NCBI RefSeq assembly: GCF_006345805.1
Contig: NC_043000.1
Coordinates: 127,720,001-127,784,000 of the forward strand
Length of the DNA: 64,000 bases
Direction of reading: 5' to 3'
Source: Octopus sinensis
Taxonomy: Eukaryota
The translations under genes and the position numbers were made by a program. Below the pieces are notes generated by a model. It was not told where the DNA came from. It was given only the letters and a program-made list of their open reading frames with translations, and did no database searches. Numbering within the stretch: the first letter of the stretch is position 1; the number at the start of each line of letters is the position of its first letter. Of the stretch, positions 41,220 through 53,752 are shown piece by piece.

Positions 41220-41224
<5 letters not shown>
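40887..41224 (+). mobile_element. Short hammerhead-bearing fold-back element (Penelope pLTR/retrozyme-like)
   Basis: Inverted arms 40943-40994 / 41173-41224 enclose a hammerhead; (TA)n on both sides. Confidence 0.65.
41015..41056 (+). ncRNA. Minimal type-I hammerhead ribozyme, U3-A8 variant
   Basis: GCUGCA-UUGAAAA-GGGG-CAAUA-CUCC-GAAAC-GC-GUC-UGUAGC; stem I 6 bp, stem II 4 bp, palindromic ACGCGU stem III, GUC site. Confidence 0.7.
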
Positions 41225-41286
<62 letters not shown>

Positions 41287-42044
41287 ACAGGCTTCTTTCA
41301 GTTTCCATCAACCAAATCCACTCACAAGGCTTTGCTCGGCCCGAAGCCATAGTAGACGACACTTGCCTAAGTTGCCACGCAGTGGAACAGAACCCGGAAC
41401 CATGTGGTTGGGAATATAAATCAGAACGCAGCTTAAACCTCTGCTCTAAAACCTAATAAACCCAATATTTCGTCGAAAAAGGCCCTAGTCATAGAATATG
41501 AAGATACGAAGAGATTCGTTTTAGTGTGTCAGCAATTCGTAATCGTATGATAGAATAACGCCGTGTGTGAATGAAGTGTGGGGATAGTAAAGTAGTATTT
41601 GAAAGAAATCTTTGTAATGTTCAGATTGTAATCAGCTGTGTTTGTGACGCGCAGATAAAATAGTTGTTGGTGATGGGTTTGGATTGCTTGATAAGGATTA
41701 CCTCCTTTATTCATAAAATCCTCAAGTGGCTATAGATGAGGATAGGCACGAAAACCGAATTACAAAGGTCCAATGCTGGAGCCGGTGCATTACTGTGCTA
41801 GCAACTGTGATTCTAACATCCAGTTCAGCATCCTGCCTTTCATCACACGTCTATACTGTCCCGAAATACTTAAACTTCACTTATCTCAAGTATGTTTCAC
41901 TAACACGCAGAGATCTGAGATTAAACAACGATATTTGTGTTCTTGTTTCAACTCCCTGATTTAAAGTATCTTGTCGAAGTCATATCCGCTTGAGTCACAG
42001 GACTCCACCAAACTCTCTCATGGAAAAGAAATTCTGTATATAGC

Positions 42045-42460
42045 AAGGCATTGCAGTATGGTTAAGATGTTTGCTTTGCAACTCAGTGGCTTCGGGTTCA
42101 GTCCCACTGCGCAGCATTTTGGGTAAGTGTCCTCTATGCTAGCTTCGGGCCGACCAATGTCTGAAAGTGATTTTGGTGGACGGAAACGGAGATGGAAGTC
42201 CGTCGAATATGTTGTGTATGTGCGTGTGTGCCTATGTTTTGTGCGTGTGTCCATCACCACCACCACCACAACCACCACTGCTTGAAATCCGGTGATGGTC
42301 TGTTAATGTCTCCGTAACCTAGCAGTTCGATAAAAGGCGACCGATAGAATAAGTACCAGACTTTAAAACGTAACAATAATAAGGGAGCGATTTATTCGAC
42401 TAGCCCCTCAAGTCGATGCATCAGCTCGGCCGAAGTCTAATAACTGAAGCAAATAAAAAA
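42045..42460 (+). mobile_element. SINE family B copy (diverged)
   Basis: Head GGGTTCAGTCCC and tail gaataagtacc...gactgaagcaaataaaa. Confidence 0.7.
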
Positions 42461-42683
42461 GCAAAATAATTTAATTTTGTGTGTGTATTTGTGCGCGTGT
42501 AGATGCGTGTGTGAGTGGGTGTATGTCTGTTTGCGCGAAAATGTACATCAGTTAATAATGGTGTGAATGAGTATTTGAGTACCATTGTAGGACTGAAGGA
42601 GTAATTAGTGAATTTGGACTGAAGGAGTAATTAGAGCAGATGTGTGTGAAAATGCATATCTATGAGTAAGAGTGTGTGTGTGA

Positions 42684-42745
<62 letters not shown>

Positions 42746-44524
42746 TGAGTAATTTATAAATATATTTATTTCTACACGTAGTCATGAATTATACACGCAA
42801 ACACACACACTCACACAATCACACACACACACACGCACGCATTCAATAATTATACTTTTATATATATGAGCACAGATGCGCCTGTGTGTTGCTGTGAGTG
42901 TGTGTGGGTGTGTTTCGTGTAGTAATTAGTCGAAATGGGACAGATGTTTCTTTTTCTATTTCTTTTTTCATTTTCGTCTTCTTCCTCATCAACCACTTGA
43001 CCGAATATTGAATTATATATGTCTATGCGTGTGTGTACACAAACGCGCGCGCACACACATACAAACACCTACACACATGCATGCATATATATATATATAT
43101 AATCCTTTGTGTGTATGTGTGTGTGCGCGCTTGCGTGTATCTGTGTGTGTATGTGTGTATCTGTGTGTGTTTCTTCTATCCACGGCAAAACCACTGAATC
43201 AATCTGTACCAAATTTTGCATGAAGGTTTTTCATTACTCCGGGAAGGCTGTCGGTGGGGGGCGAATTTTGGTCCTTACCCATATAGGGGGCTCTAGCCCC
43301 CACCCCCTATACGCCCCGTCCGATTTTTTTTTTTTTGCAGCGGTATAATAGTTTCACTTTTATTCTTACTGTCTTCTGTGTGTGTAGGTGTGTGTGTTTC
43401 TTCTATGCACGGCCAAACCGCTGGATCAATCTATACTAAATTTGGTTGTCTGGAAATTACGTCGGTTTTGTTTTTTTTCGCTTTGAAAGTAAACGAGTCT
43501 TAAACGCTTTTTAATTGTGATAATGAAACAAGAGGTTTAAAGAAACAGTAAGGTTTCTAAATAACGAAAGCATGCAAAATAACCTGGAAAAGATAAAAAG
43601 ATCCGCGAAACAAAATTTCCTTGGTGGAAAGCTTCAAGGTCCCCACCACCCCTCTCACCTTTCTTTTCCGGAAAAAAGTGGCTTCCGGCGGGTTTGGAGG
43701 TCAGACACGTTGAATGCACCCGAAAAAAAAAAACGGGAAAAAAATTATTTCACACCGTGGTACGAAATACTTACCGAAAGAATAAAATCTTGTACCGATT
43801 ATACCTGTATTTTAATTAAATCAAATTAATGTACCTCAATCTTGAAAAGTGGCAAAATTTTTGTCGCTTGCCATCTGGGATAATTTTAGTTACAAATCAA
43901 ACAGGTAAGATGCATTAAGAATTTCAGTTTTAGTGTTTATCCATAACGTCATTGCTTTTACACTTGTTAATTAAATTTACCTGCCCATAAAAGTCGAATT
44001 TAATTAGCAAGATCAACTAAAATTACATAACTATAAACCAGTGGTATATAAAGCACCCACTGACAAAATTTCAAATCTGTATGCAAAAAATGTATAAAAT
44101 TACTAGGAAATATTGTGGACACCCCTATTGAACCTGAATAATTCAAAATAACGTGAACAAATAAGGATTACATTTTACAGATTAATATGAACATTGAAGA
44201 TGCTTTAGGTGTTTTTTTTCTTACACATACGTGTGTTACATCATCATTCCATAAAATTTGTTTATGGGAATAAAAATATTGAAAAATGTCAATAAATGTG
44301 TGAGTGTGAAAGAAACGAGGAGGGGGGTTTGGAATGTGCTAGAAACAACAGCCAGATCTCCCTTAAATCACACATTTCCTCTGAAATTATTAACAATTTT
44401 TTTTTAAACATCAAAACGGAAAAACTCCAACATATGTAAGCCGTTTGATCCGAAACTCCGTTTTCCAGAAATTCCACCCCGCCCCCTTCCATACATTTGA
44501 CTACACCTCCATTTAGAGCATAGT

Positions 44525-44619
44525 TTAAGCTATTTTTCGTGGAAGAAAGTTTATGTTCCTATAAGTATTTATTGACCTTTTTCTTTCCTTTAAAAATCGG
44601 CACGAACTTTTCGGACAAC

Positions 44620-44625
<6 letters not shown>
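44525..44625 (-). mobile_element. Mariner-type terminal fragment
   Basis: Minus strand ttggttgtccgaaaagttcgtgccgatttt next to TA. Confidence 0.45.
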
Positions 44626-44651
<26 letters not shown>

Positions 44652-44654
<3 letters not shown>

Positions 44655-45019
44655 CAATAATAAATCTCTGAGCGAGGTATAAACAGTAGCTGCACGACAT
44701 CGTGAAGTATATTTGCCACTTAAATGTGGCTAACCCTTAAGGGTGGATGCTACTATAGGTTGTAGCCTCAGGAGGACACCTCCTCCACTTCACATCGACA
44801 ACCGGTGATTGTCACACGCTGATGGCGGATCAATATTCAGAAACTCGAGTCCGTGTGTATCATGTCAGGTTGGAGATGTGAAGGATGGCTTCCCTTTGCA
44901 AATACTGATAGGGCTCTGATAGTGTGTCAATAGCTAGCTGGAGGAGTTGTCCTCCTGGGACTACAAGCTACAGTAGCATCCACCTTTAAGGGTTAGCCAC
45001 ATTTAAGTGGAAATATACT

Positions 45020-45020
<1 letters not shown>
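44652..45020 (+). mobile_element. Fold-back element with central hammerhead-like motif
   Basis: Arms 44705-44787 / 44939-45020; CACACG-CUGAUGG-C-GGAU-CAAU-AUUC-A-GAAAC-UCGA-GUC-CGUGUG at 44813-44857; (TA)n flanks. Confidence 0.6.
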
Positions 45021-45056
<36 letters not shown>

Positions 45057-45084
45057 ATATATATATTATATATATATATATACA

Positions 45085-45174
45085 CATATAAAAGGGATGG
45101 ACCTGTAAGTGGACATCCAGCGGATCTTCTTATAGCATAATGGATGTCCGCTTACCGGTCATCACTTTTATATG
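45085..45174. repeat. Fold-back (about 34-bp arms) next to (TA)n
   Basis: catataaaagggatggacctgtaagtggacatcca / tggatgtccgcttaccggtcatcacttttatatg. Confidence 0.75.
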
Positions 45175-45502
45175 TATGTAATATAATTTTTTCTGAAACT
45201 TCAGATTTTTAAATATGCTAGACCACTGGTTTTAAATTGATATTAATCAAATTAATATTTCATTTTTCACCCTTATTATTTTAAATTTACATATATATAT
45301 ATGTAAGCTCCAGGGATCGAAGTGTAGGAAGAAATTTAACTTCGAGTAATCCGTAATGAATATAAAAAGACAACTTTCAGGAACAATAGAGGTTTATTGA
45401 TACGGAAGGTTGCGGATTTTTTTATCGAAGAACGATAAACTGAAAAAGGTTATTATATTTTTCAGTAAGCAAACAGGGTTGCTGAGTATACGAAGAAGAA
45501 TA

Positions 45503-45739
45503 CAAGAGTTACGTAATGCAATATGGGAAATCCGGGCTACATATGTTTCATAGCGAGTGGAATCTCAGAAGTGGTAAAATCAAAGTGTGGTGTAATATCG
45601 CCGGCTACTCTTCAGGATATCCTTGGCCTGAAAAGTAGCCGGCGATATACACCACACTTGGATTTTACCACTTCTGAGGTTCCACTCGCTATGAAACATA
45701 TGTAGCCCGGATTTCCCATACTCCATTTCATAACTCTTG
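45503..45739. repeat. Near-perfect palindrome (about 113-bp arms, 10-nt loop)
   Basis: atgggaaatccgggctacatatgtttcatagcgagtgga...ccggctactcttcagg mirrored by cctgaaaagtagccgg...tagcccggatttcccat. Confidence 0.9.
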
Positions 45740-46040
45740 CATGTATGTATATATATACATACATATGTGTGTGTGTGTGTGTGTGCGTGTGCGTGTGTGA
45801 GTGTGTATATATATATATATACTTTTTTTTAATATTCGGCAATTGTCAAGCGGTTTGGGGACGGGATAAACACAGACATAAAGATATGCACATATAGATA
45901 TATACATATATATAAATATATATATATAAATACATATTTTGTTGTATTTCGGGACGGTCACTTTTTGGGGCCAAATAAACACACGCACTATATATTTGTT
46001 CTTCACTCGTTTATTACTGTTCTTTTTTTTTTCTTAACTC

Positions 46041-46094
46041 ATGTCCATTGTCCGGAAATCTTTCGTCACATATCTGTGGCCTCTTCAGCGACAC
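46041..46094 (-). ncRNA. Hammerhead-like motif (copy of the 9367-9420 family)
   Basis: Minus strand GUGUCG-CUGAAGA-G-GCCACA-GAUA-UGUGAC-GAAA-GA-UUUC-CGGACA. Confidence 0.5.
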
Positions 46095-46453
46095 TTTTCG
46101 TTTTCGTGTGCTCTTGCTTCACTTACTCCATTCTGTTCTTCTAAGATGTGTCTACCAAATCCATTCACAAGGTTTTGGTTGACCCGAGGCTACAGGAAAA
46201 GACACTTGCTTAATGTTTCACTAATGATTTTTCTTTGAGTTTAATTTGAGTTCTTGAGAGAGTTCAAACTGATCGCTAAGAAAACCACAAGACTTTTTTA
46301 ATTAAGAAAGTTCCTGGTGTTTGTAAATATGCGTTTGAGTTAGTGTGTTGTTTGAGCTGTCTATGTATGTATGTATGTATGTATGTATGTATGTATGTAT
46401 GTATGTATGTATGTATGTATGTATGTATGCATGTATGTATGTATGTATGTATG

Positions 46454-46487
<34 letters not shown>

Positions 46488-47421
46488 TGTATGCATGTGT
46501 GCATGCGTGTATGTATGTATGTATGTATGTATGTATGTATGTATGTATGTACGTATGTATGTAGATAAAACTTACTTGGAAAAAGATGCGTGGCGTTCGA
46601 TCATATAATAATATAAATAATATATAAATATATGCATATATACATACATATATGTACATACCGACATATGTATGTATATATACATGCATATATGGGTACA
46701 GGACATCAAAAAAACGTTGAACACAATGAGAAACAAAAACATAGAAACGAGACGTGCAACATAAAGAATATTTCCTTCTTCAGTTGTCCCTGTTTCATCT
46801 ACTCCGCGTTCTGAAGGCAAGGACAACATACATAAATATGTATGTATGTATGTATGTATGTAAAATTTTGTTGCCTTAAAAACCTCACGTTGCGCAAAAC
46901 TTTCGATAGCGAAAGAATGAATCACCAGTTTCGGCCTGAGAATACATCCAACCATCTATCCCCCTATCTTTCCATTCAATCAACAACTCTCTCCATAGAC
47001 ACAAATATACACATTAATGTATTCGTACAACGCAATTTAAACTTTTAACTGTTTGACAATAACCAGCATTAAGACCTCCATGCGTATATCCGTTCGTGCA
47101 TTGTAATTGTATCTTCCATTTTTAAATCCGGGTTCCAGTGTTATACGGATTATATTTAGAAAAGAAAATAAGACACGAGAGATTGTTTATAAGATATTTA
47201 ATTACATCATGTCAAGTACGTTTCGTCAAATTAAGGTGATTATTGGTAACATAATGCATGTTACGTAATCAACATTTACTGCTAAAAACGGTCAGAGACG
47301 CGTCATTATTTAATGCGATACTGTTGACGTGAAAAAGCGACTGTAGAGATGGTGTAATTGAATGTAATAAATTATTTCTCGTTACATACATACATACATA
47401 CATGCAGACAGACATGTATAT

Positions 47422-47450
<29 letters not shown>

Positions 47451-47452
<2 letters not shown>

Positions 47453-48282
47453 GCAATTAAGGACAACTACTTAATAAGGAAAACTTAACAAGAAATTGTC
47501 AGGTAGATAGCGTAAAAACCTCATAAGAGAAAAAATTTCGAAAATAATTATTTCTTATTGAACATATTAATTTATATATAGAGGGCATTATACATACATG
47601 CCAGAAGGCATTATACATACATGCCAAACGCTAAGAGGGACAATTAGTCATTTCTACCAAAAATATTACTAATCCCACCGAATGCAATTTTTCAAAGTAA
47701 GACATTTAAAAAAAAAAAATTGCATTCGGTGGGATTAGTAATATTTTTGGTAGAAATGACTAATTGTCCCTCTTAGCGTTTGGCATGTATGTATAATGCC
47801 TTCTGGCATGTATGTATAATGCCCTCTATATATAAATTAATATGTTCAATAAGAAATAATTATTTTCGAAATTTTTCTCTTATGAGGTTTTTACGCTATC
47901 TACCTGACAATTCTTGTTAAGTTTTCCTTATTAAGTAGTTGTCCTTAATTGCTAAATTTTTATTCCGAAAAAACTTTTCCTCTCCCGAAATGCAATTCGT
48001 AAAAGTTTGCCATTTATCCGGATGTAATATATGTAAACTCACCCATGTGCTTCGTTGATGTTGAGCAGTTAGCTGATCGGCTTAAGCGGGGCAGGGTCGT
48101 TGTTTATTTATAATACATTCAGGCCTGCTGATGAGTACGTAAGTATGAAATCACTGTGATACAGGTCTATATTTTTTTAAATGTCTTACTTTGAAAAATT
48201 ACATTCGGTGGGATTAGTAATATTTTTGGTAGAAATGACTAATTGTCCCTCTTAGCGTTTGGCATGTATGTATAATGCCCTC

Positions 48283-48290
<8 letters not shown>
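47451..48290 (+). mobile_element. Penelope pLTR/retrozyme-like element: inverted copy, about 480-nt unit, partial tandem copy
   Basis: Palindrome arms 47451-47690 / 47715-47954; direct repeat period 479 nt (47721 vs 48200); hammerhead at 48121-48168; (TA)n on both sides. Confidence 0.75.
48121..48168 (+). ncRNA. Minimal type-I hammerhead ribozyme
   Basis: AGGCCUG-CUGAUGA-GUAC-GUAA-GUAU-GAA-AUCAC-U-GUGAU-A-CAGGUCU: canonical core, 7-bp stem I, predicted cleavage after 48161 (AUA). Confidence 0.85.
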
Positions 48291-48380
<90 letters not shown>

Positions 48381-48580
48381 TATATATATCAAAGAGTAAT
48401 CAGAAATATTTGAAATTTCTATTACCAGTAGCCTAGCCTGTAAAAGATTTAGTGAATAGACTATAAATTATTCATATAAATACAGTGTACATTTAAACAC
48501 ACAAGAGGCATCCATCATAGGATTCCTTGCACGCTAGAGAGGACAGTTAAATTCCAAACCACTATTAGGGATCAAATTTT

Positions 48581-48869
48581 GAAGGGAATGAAAAATAGAA
48601 AACATTTACCATCTAACTCCTGGACCAATGATTTCAGACTTTTTTTAGCAAATAAAATAATTTGCTAGGCGTGATATTCTTCAGCAGGTACATCTTAGAT
48701 TAAATATATATATATATATATATATATATACGAGGCAATCCAGAAAAAGACTTCGCCTAGCAAATTATTTTATTTGCTAAAAAAGTCTAAAAAATTTTAT
48801 TTGCTAAAAAAGTCTGAAACCATTGGTCCAGGAGTTATATGGTAAATGTTTTTATTTTTCATTCCCTTC
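48581..48869. repeat. Fold-back (about 90-bp arms) with (TA)n in the spacer
   Basis: Arms 48581-48671 / 48754-48869; the right arm carries an extra tandem duplication of ttttatttgctaaaaaagtct. Confidence 0.85.
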
Positions 48870-49091
48870 GATATACATACATACATACATACATACATAC
48901 ATACATACATACATACATACATACATACATACATACGTATGTATGTACTTGTTACAGTCATTAGACTGTGACGATGCTGCTACACCGCCTTCAAGGTTTT
49001 AGTCGAACAAATCGACCCCGGTACTTTGTTGTTTTTTTTTAAGCGTGGTACTTATTCTGTTATGGATGTAAACAAACCAACACCAAACACA

Positions 49092-49135
<44 letters not shown>

Positions 49136-49138
49136 ATG

Positions 49139-49340
49139 CGAAGGGTTACTGAAAAGTTCTTGACTTTGGAGGAAAGCAAATAGATGAACATCAGTTAATT
49201 ATGATTTTATTCTCAGATTCACACACTTATTGCAGCGGTCCTTCAGCGCTTCTAAGCCCTATAAAAGAACTCGAAAGGCTGGGCCTCCAACCAGGCCTTT
49301 TGCGACACCCTTAAAGCCAGGAACTTCTCATTACCTCTTC
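49139..49340. mobile_element. Mariner-type MITE
   Basis: Imperfect TIRs cgaagggttactgaaaagttcttgacttt / aaagccaggaacttctcattacctcttc. Confidence 0.55.
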
Positions 49341-49441
49341 ATGTATGTATGTGTATAAAAAAAATATATATATGTTGATTCGTTAGCTACTGCACGCATT
49401 TTTTTTCTCTCCTTCTTTCTGTGTTTTTCTCTCTCTGTGTA

Positions 49442-49479
49442 TTTTTCTGTTGAAGAGCGTAGGCTCGAAACGTTAAAGA
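49442..49479 (+). ncRNA. Hammerhead-like motif, A6-variant family
   Basis: UUUUU-CUGUUGA-A-GAGC-GUAG-GCUC-GAAAC-GUU-AAAGA. Confidence 0.4.
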
Positions 49480-49710
49480 CTTGTTTTATTTATATTTCCT
49501 GAGCGCCATACTAATACAATTGTTCGTTTGTTTTCCACCTGCCTTCGTCTTTTGTTTATTTTCATAAAGCTTCCCGTTATATATATATATATATATATAT
49601 ACATAATCATATCAAAAGGGAAATGGAATTTAATTAAATTTAAATTATTCAATCAAAATTTACATTTCCAGTGGTCTAACGTGCAAAAAATTTACAAAAA
49701 GACAATATAT

Positions 49711-49964
49711 TAATTATACGATAGTGTATATTTATATACACATAAGGAATCTACACTTAGGGTGAAGATTCAGCACAGAGAGCCACAAAAATAATGGACA
49801 AGATTCGACAGGAACAAAATTTGAAAATGAAAAAATGTTTTTCATTTTCAAATTTTGTTCCTGTCGAATCTTGTCCATTATTTTTGTGGCTCTCTAATGT
49901 GCTGAATCTTCACCCTAAGTGTAGATTCCTTATGTGTATATAAATATACACTATCGTATAATTA
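49711..49964. repeat. Near-perfect palindrome (about 125-bp arms, 2-nt spacer) next to (TA)n
   Basis: The arms differ essentially by one 3-nt indel (cagcacagagag vs tctctaatgtgctg). Confidence 0.92.
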
Positions 49965-49966
49965 TA

Positions 49967-50056
<90 letters not shown>

Positions 50057-50351
50057 AGTTACATTCACAAGACTTTAGTCAACCCGGAGCTTCTGTAAAA
50101 GGCACTTGGCCAAGGTGTCACACAGTGGGACTGAACCCGGAACCATGTGGTTTATAAGCAAATTTCTTACCACATAGCTACTTCATATGTATTACGTGCC
50201 GTAACGGTAGACAAGAAAGGCAATTCCCACTCAGAATAAAACTATAAATATTAATATTAAATATAAAACAGTACATTGCCTTCAAATCATTATAAACATA
50301 ATTTTCTATAACGAATCATATGTGTTTGTGTCTACGTATATAAATTTTAAA

Positions 50352-50391
<40 letters not shown>

Positions 50392-50397
50392 TGTGTG

Positions 50398-50434
<37 letters not shown>

Positions 50435-51196
50435 CTGTGTGTGTATGTGTGTGTGTATGTGTGTGTGTATTGTTTCATAGTGATAAAACATTTTGTTAGT
50501 AATTAATTTTATTGATGCCTAATGGTGATAAAACGGTGATTACGGAGAGTGTACGCCTAAACGCAATCGTATAACAAATGAGGTGACGCATTCAGTTGCA
50601 CGCTCTTCTGTCCATACATATATATATATATACATACACACACACACAAACACAGGCACACACATACACACACATATACATACATACGTACACATACATA
50701 CACGCACACATACATACATATCCTGCTATTTTATCTTTATATTCACACATACACTCGCGCTGCGAACCACGTACATACACACACACACACACACACAAAC
50801 GCACACAAACACATACACACATACACGTACATATACATACATACATACCCTTTCAGTAAAACGCCATTACGTATCAAAATTGGAAGGACAGCGGAAAATA
50901 CGATGCAGTGTTTGGTTATATCTTGTCACGTTCTCAGTTCAAATCTCGGCCTGTTGGGCTCCACTTCGCCCATCGTCATTCTGAGGATCAATGAATTAAA
51001 TGCAATCAAGGACGAGGCGTCGAGTGATTCAACGTTATCCTACACCCGAAATATCAAGCCACGTATCAAAACTAGAAATGAATATATTTTGATGGGTAGG
51101 AATGGTTCTAATAGTATTTTATCGTCTTTTTTATCTCCGCTATTCACACTTAGGTAAAAAACAATATTTCAAAAGATTTGAATAATTACATTTCAA

Positions 51197-51260
<64 letters not shown>

Positions 51261-52340
51261 CGTGCATGCTTGTAGGTGTAGCACTATCTTGTTTCCCAGC
51301 CATGTGCTCTCGGGTTCAATCCCAGTGTATGGCACCTTGCTCGAGAGTCTTCCATTATAGTCCCAGGGTTTGGGGAATGGATCTGATAGTCCGTCGGGTG
51401 TGTGAGTGTGTATCATATCGTGGTTGTAAACGAGCATCGCTGTCATACCTTGCTTGCAAAGAGGTGAGGGTTAGCGTCAGGAAGAATATCCGGTCGTAGA
51501 AAAACCGTCTCTAAAAATTCCGCCTAACCCATGCAAGCATGGAAAAAGTGGACGTTAAAACAATGATGGTGATATGTTGTTGGTTTTTATGTAGAGTCCA
51601 TACTGCGAATCCTCATCATTTGTACTTTCCCGATCTTTTTTCTGCTGATGGCTTCAAACCTGGCCTCAGCAATTTCCTGAACAATATTTTTTTTGTTTTA
51701 ATCTGATTGAGTGGAATAAATGTTAGTTTTGCTGGCAATAACAACCAGCAACAAACAATTGATGTTAATAACTAACACAGCAAGCATCATTCATTACGCC
51801 TGGTTTCAATGACATCACGCGCACGCACACACACTCACATATGATACATCTAACCGATATTGAATTGGGGGGAAAACAGGAGGTGAATGTTCGGAGTAGA
51901 ATCAATGGCAGTATTTGCAATGCAGTCAATCGATCGATTGGGTAAATATCATGATTTGCCAGAGAATTTTTTTCCCATTTTCTATTGTCTTTGTTTTGTT
52001 TTTTTAGGGAGAGAGAGGGTGGGGGAGAACGGGAGGGGAGAGAGAGAACGGGAGGGGAGAGAGAGAAAGAGGGAGAGAGAAACGGAAGAGAGAGAGGAAG
52101 ACTTTTTCTCTGTTGAATTTTATTTTAATATTTGTTTTTGATTTTTTTCCACAGAAATATCTCTCTTCAAACAAACACACACATATAGACAGGCATACAC
52201 TCACATATATGCCACACATATATACACCTACACACACACACACACACATACATGCATACATACATACATACATACATACATACATACATACACATACATA
52301 CATACACATACATACATACATACATACATACATACATACA

Positions 52341-52372
<32 letters not shown>

Positions 52373-53433
52373 CATACATACATGCATACATACATACATA
52401 CATACATACATACATACATACATACATACATACATACATACATACATACATGCATACATACATACATACATACATACAAACATACATACATACATACATA
52501 CATACATACATACATACATACATACATACATAATCCGTTGGTTGAAATGTTATAACCTATTGAACATGCTGTGTAATAGTATTTATTTTACAGAAATGTG
52601 GCATATTTTCAAACTGTCTAAACACATTTGTCTTCATTCGATCTACACAGGTTAAATATATTGTTTTGAATCACGAAACGTTTATTCTTGAGACCAGTTA
52701 AATATGGGGGCGATTGAAACCACGAGAGATTCTAGAATTCCCATCAATATCAACAACGGCTGTAGAGTGAGTGAGGTCTGTGTGACATAGCTTTCTCTAT
52801 CGGGAAGACAGAATGATCTGAAAGTGTTCTCTTGGTTGCTAGATAACATAATGAACTGACTCTCCTTTATAACAGATATAATAATCAATATCGTAGCAAG
52901 TCGTCAAACAGATGCTTCCATCAAAAAGCAGTTTTCAATTTAATTGTAATGCTGTTGTCTTGGGAGTTTTATTGTTTGTTTTTCTTTGGTTATTTTTCTT
53001 CCCTGACAAGCTTTATGAACGCAGTTGAACGCAGGTTTGCAAACTTTGTTGGACAAGAAGTGTGCTTCCGGCAAGACAAACTCATGATCAGTTTTCGATA
53101 CCTGATTTGAGTTCATAGTTTTAATTATGTCACTATCATCGGAAACACTTTTTTCGTCTTTTTCAAGAATTGTCGAGTGATTAGATATTATTAATATTTA
53201 AAAACAGTCTTGTCTCGTTGCTGGCGCTGAAAATCAAGAATGAGCTCTTAGCTAGTCAAGTCTTTAATGCAGTCTTATTTTTATTGTTTGAGATCAATTC
53301 ATGTTATGCTACTAGCGTCCATGAGCATGGCGTGAAGACCTAGAGACTTTTATTTCCCTTCCTTTATCAATACGCAGCGCTGTGTCTATGTCATATTTCA
53401 CTGTCATGAGTAACTGAGATATCAGTCTTACTT

Positions 53434-53752
53434 GGAGGCCCGTGGCTTGATGGTTAAAGTATTCGGCTCACAATTGTAAGATCGTGAGTTCGATTCCTGG
53501 CGACGCGTTGTGACCTTGAGCAAGATACTTTATTTCTTGTTGCTCCAATCCACTCATCCGACAAAAATGAGTAGTACCTGCATTTCAAAGGGCCGGCCTT
53601 GTCACATTCTGTGTCACGCTGAATTTCCTTGATAACTACGTTAAAGGTACGCGTATCTATGGAGTGCTCAGCCACTTGAACGTTAACTTCACGAGCAGAT
53701 TGGTCGGATCATCTAGAACACTTGTCGTCGCAACCGACGGAGTATCGATAAC
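53434..53752 (+). mobile_element. tRNA-derived SINE (family C tail) with TSD
   Basis: TSD cagtcttactt on both sides; B-box GAGTTCGATTCC. Confidence 0.8.

Larger units (their letters stand above)
40605..41415 (-). mobile_element. SINE family B split by an insertion in its internal (TA)n
   Basis: Tail 40605-40812, (TA)n, insert 40887-41224, (TA)n, head 41284-41415. Confidence 0.75.
48945..50185 (-). mobile_element. SINE family B split by nested insertions
   Basis: Tail 48945-49090 and head 50055-50185 are separated by a MITE, an A6-variant hammerhead repeat and a palindrome. Confidence 0.6.

Noticed and set aside
46741-46820. CUGAAGA plus nearby hairpin as a hammerhead
   Set aside because: No correctly placed GAAA/NUH and poor stems. 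Similar CUGANGA hits at about 16326, 36982, 48680 and 60855 were rejected for the same reason.
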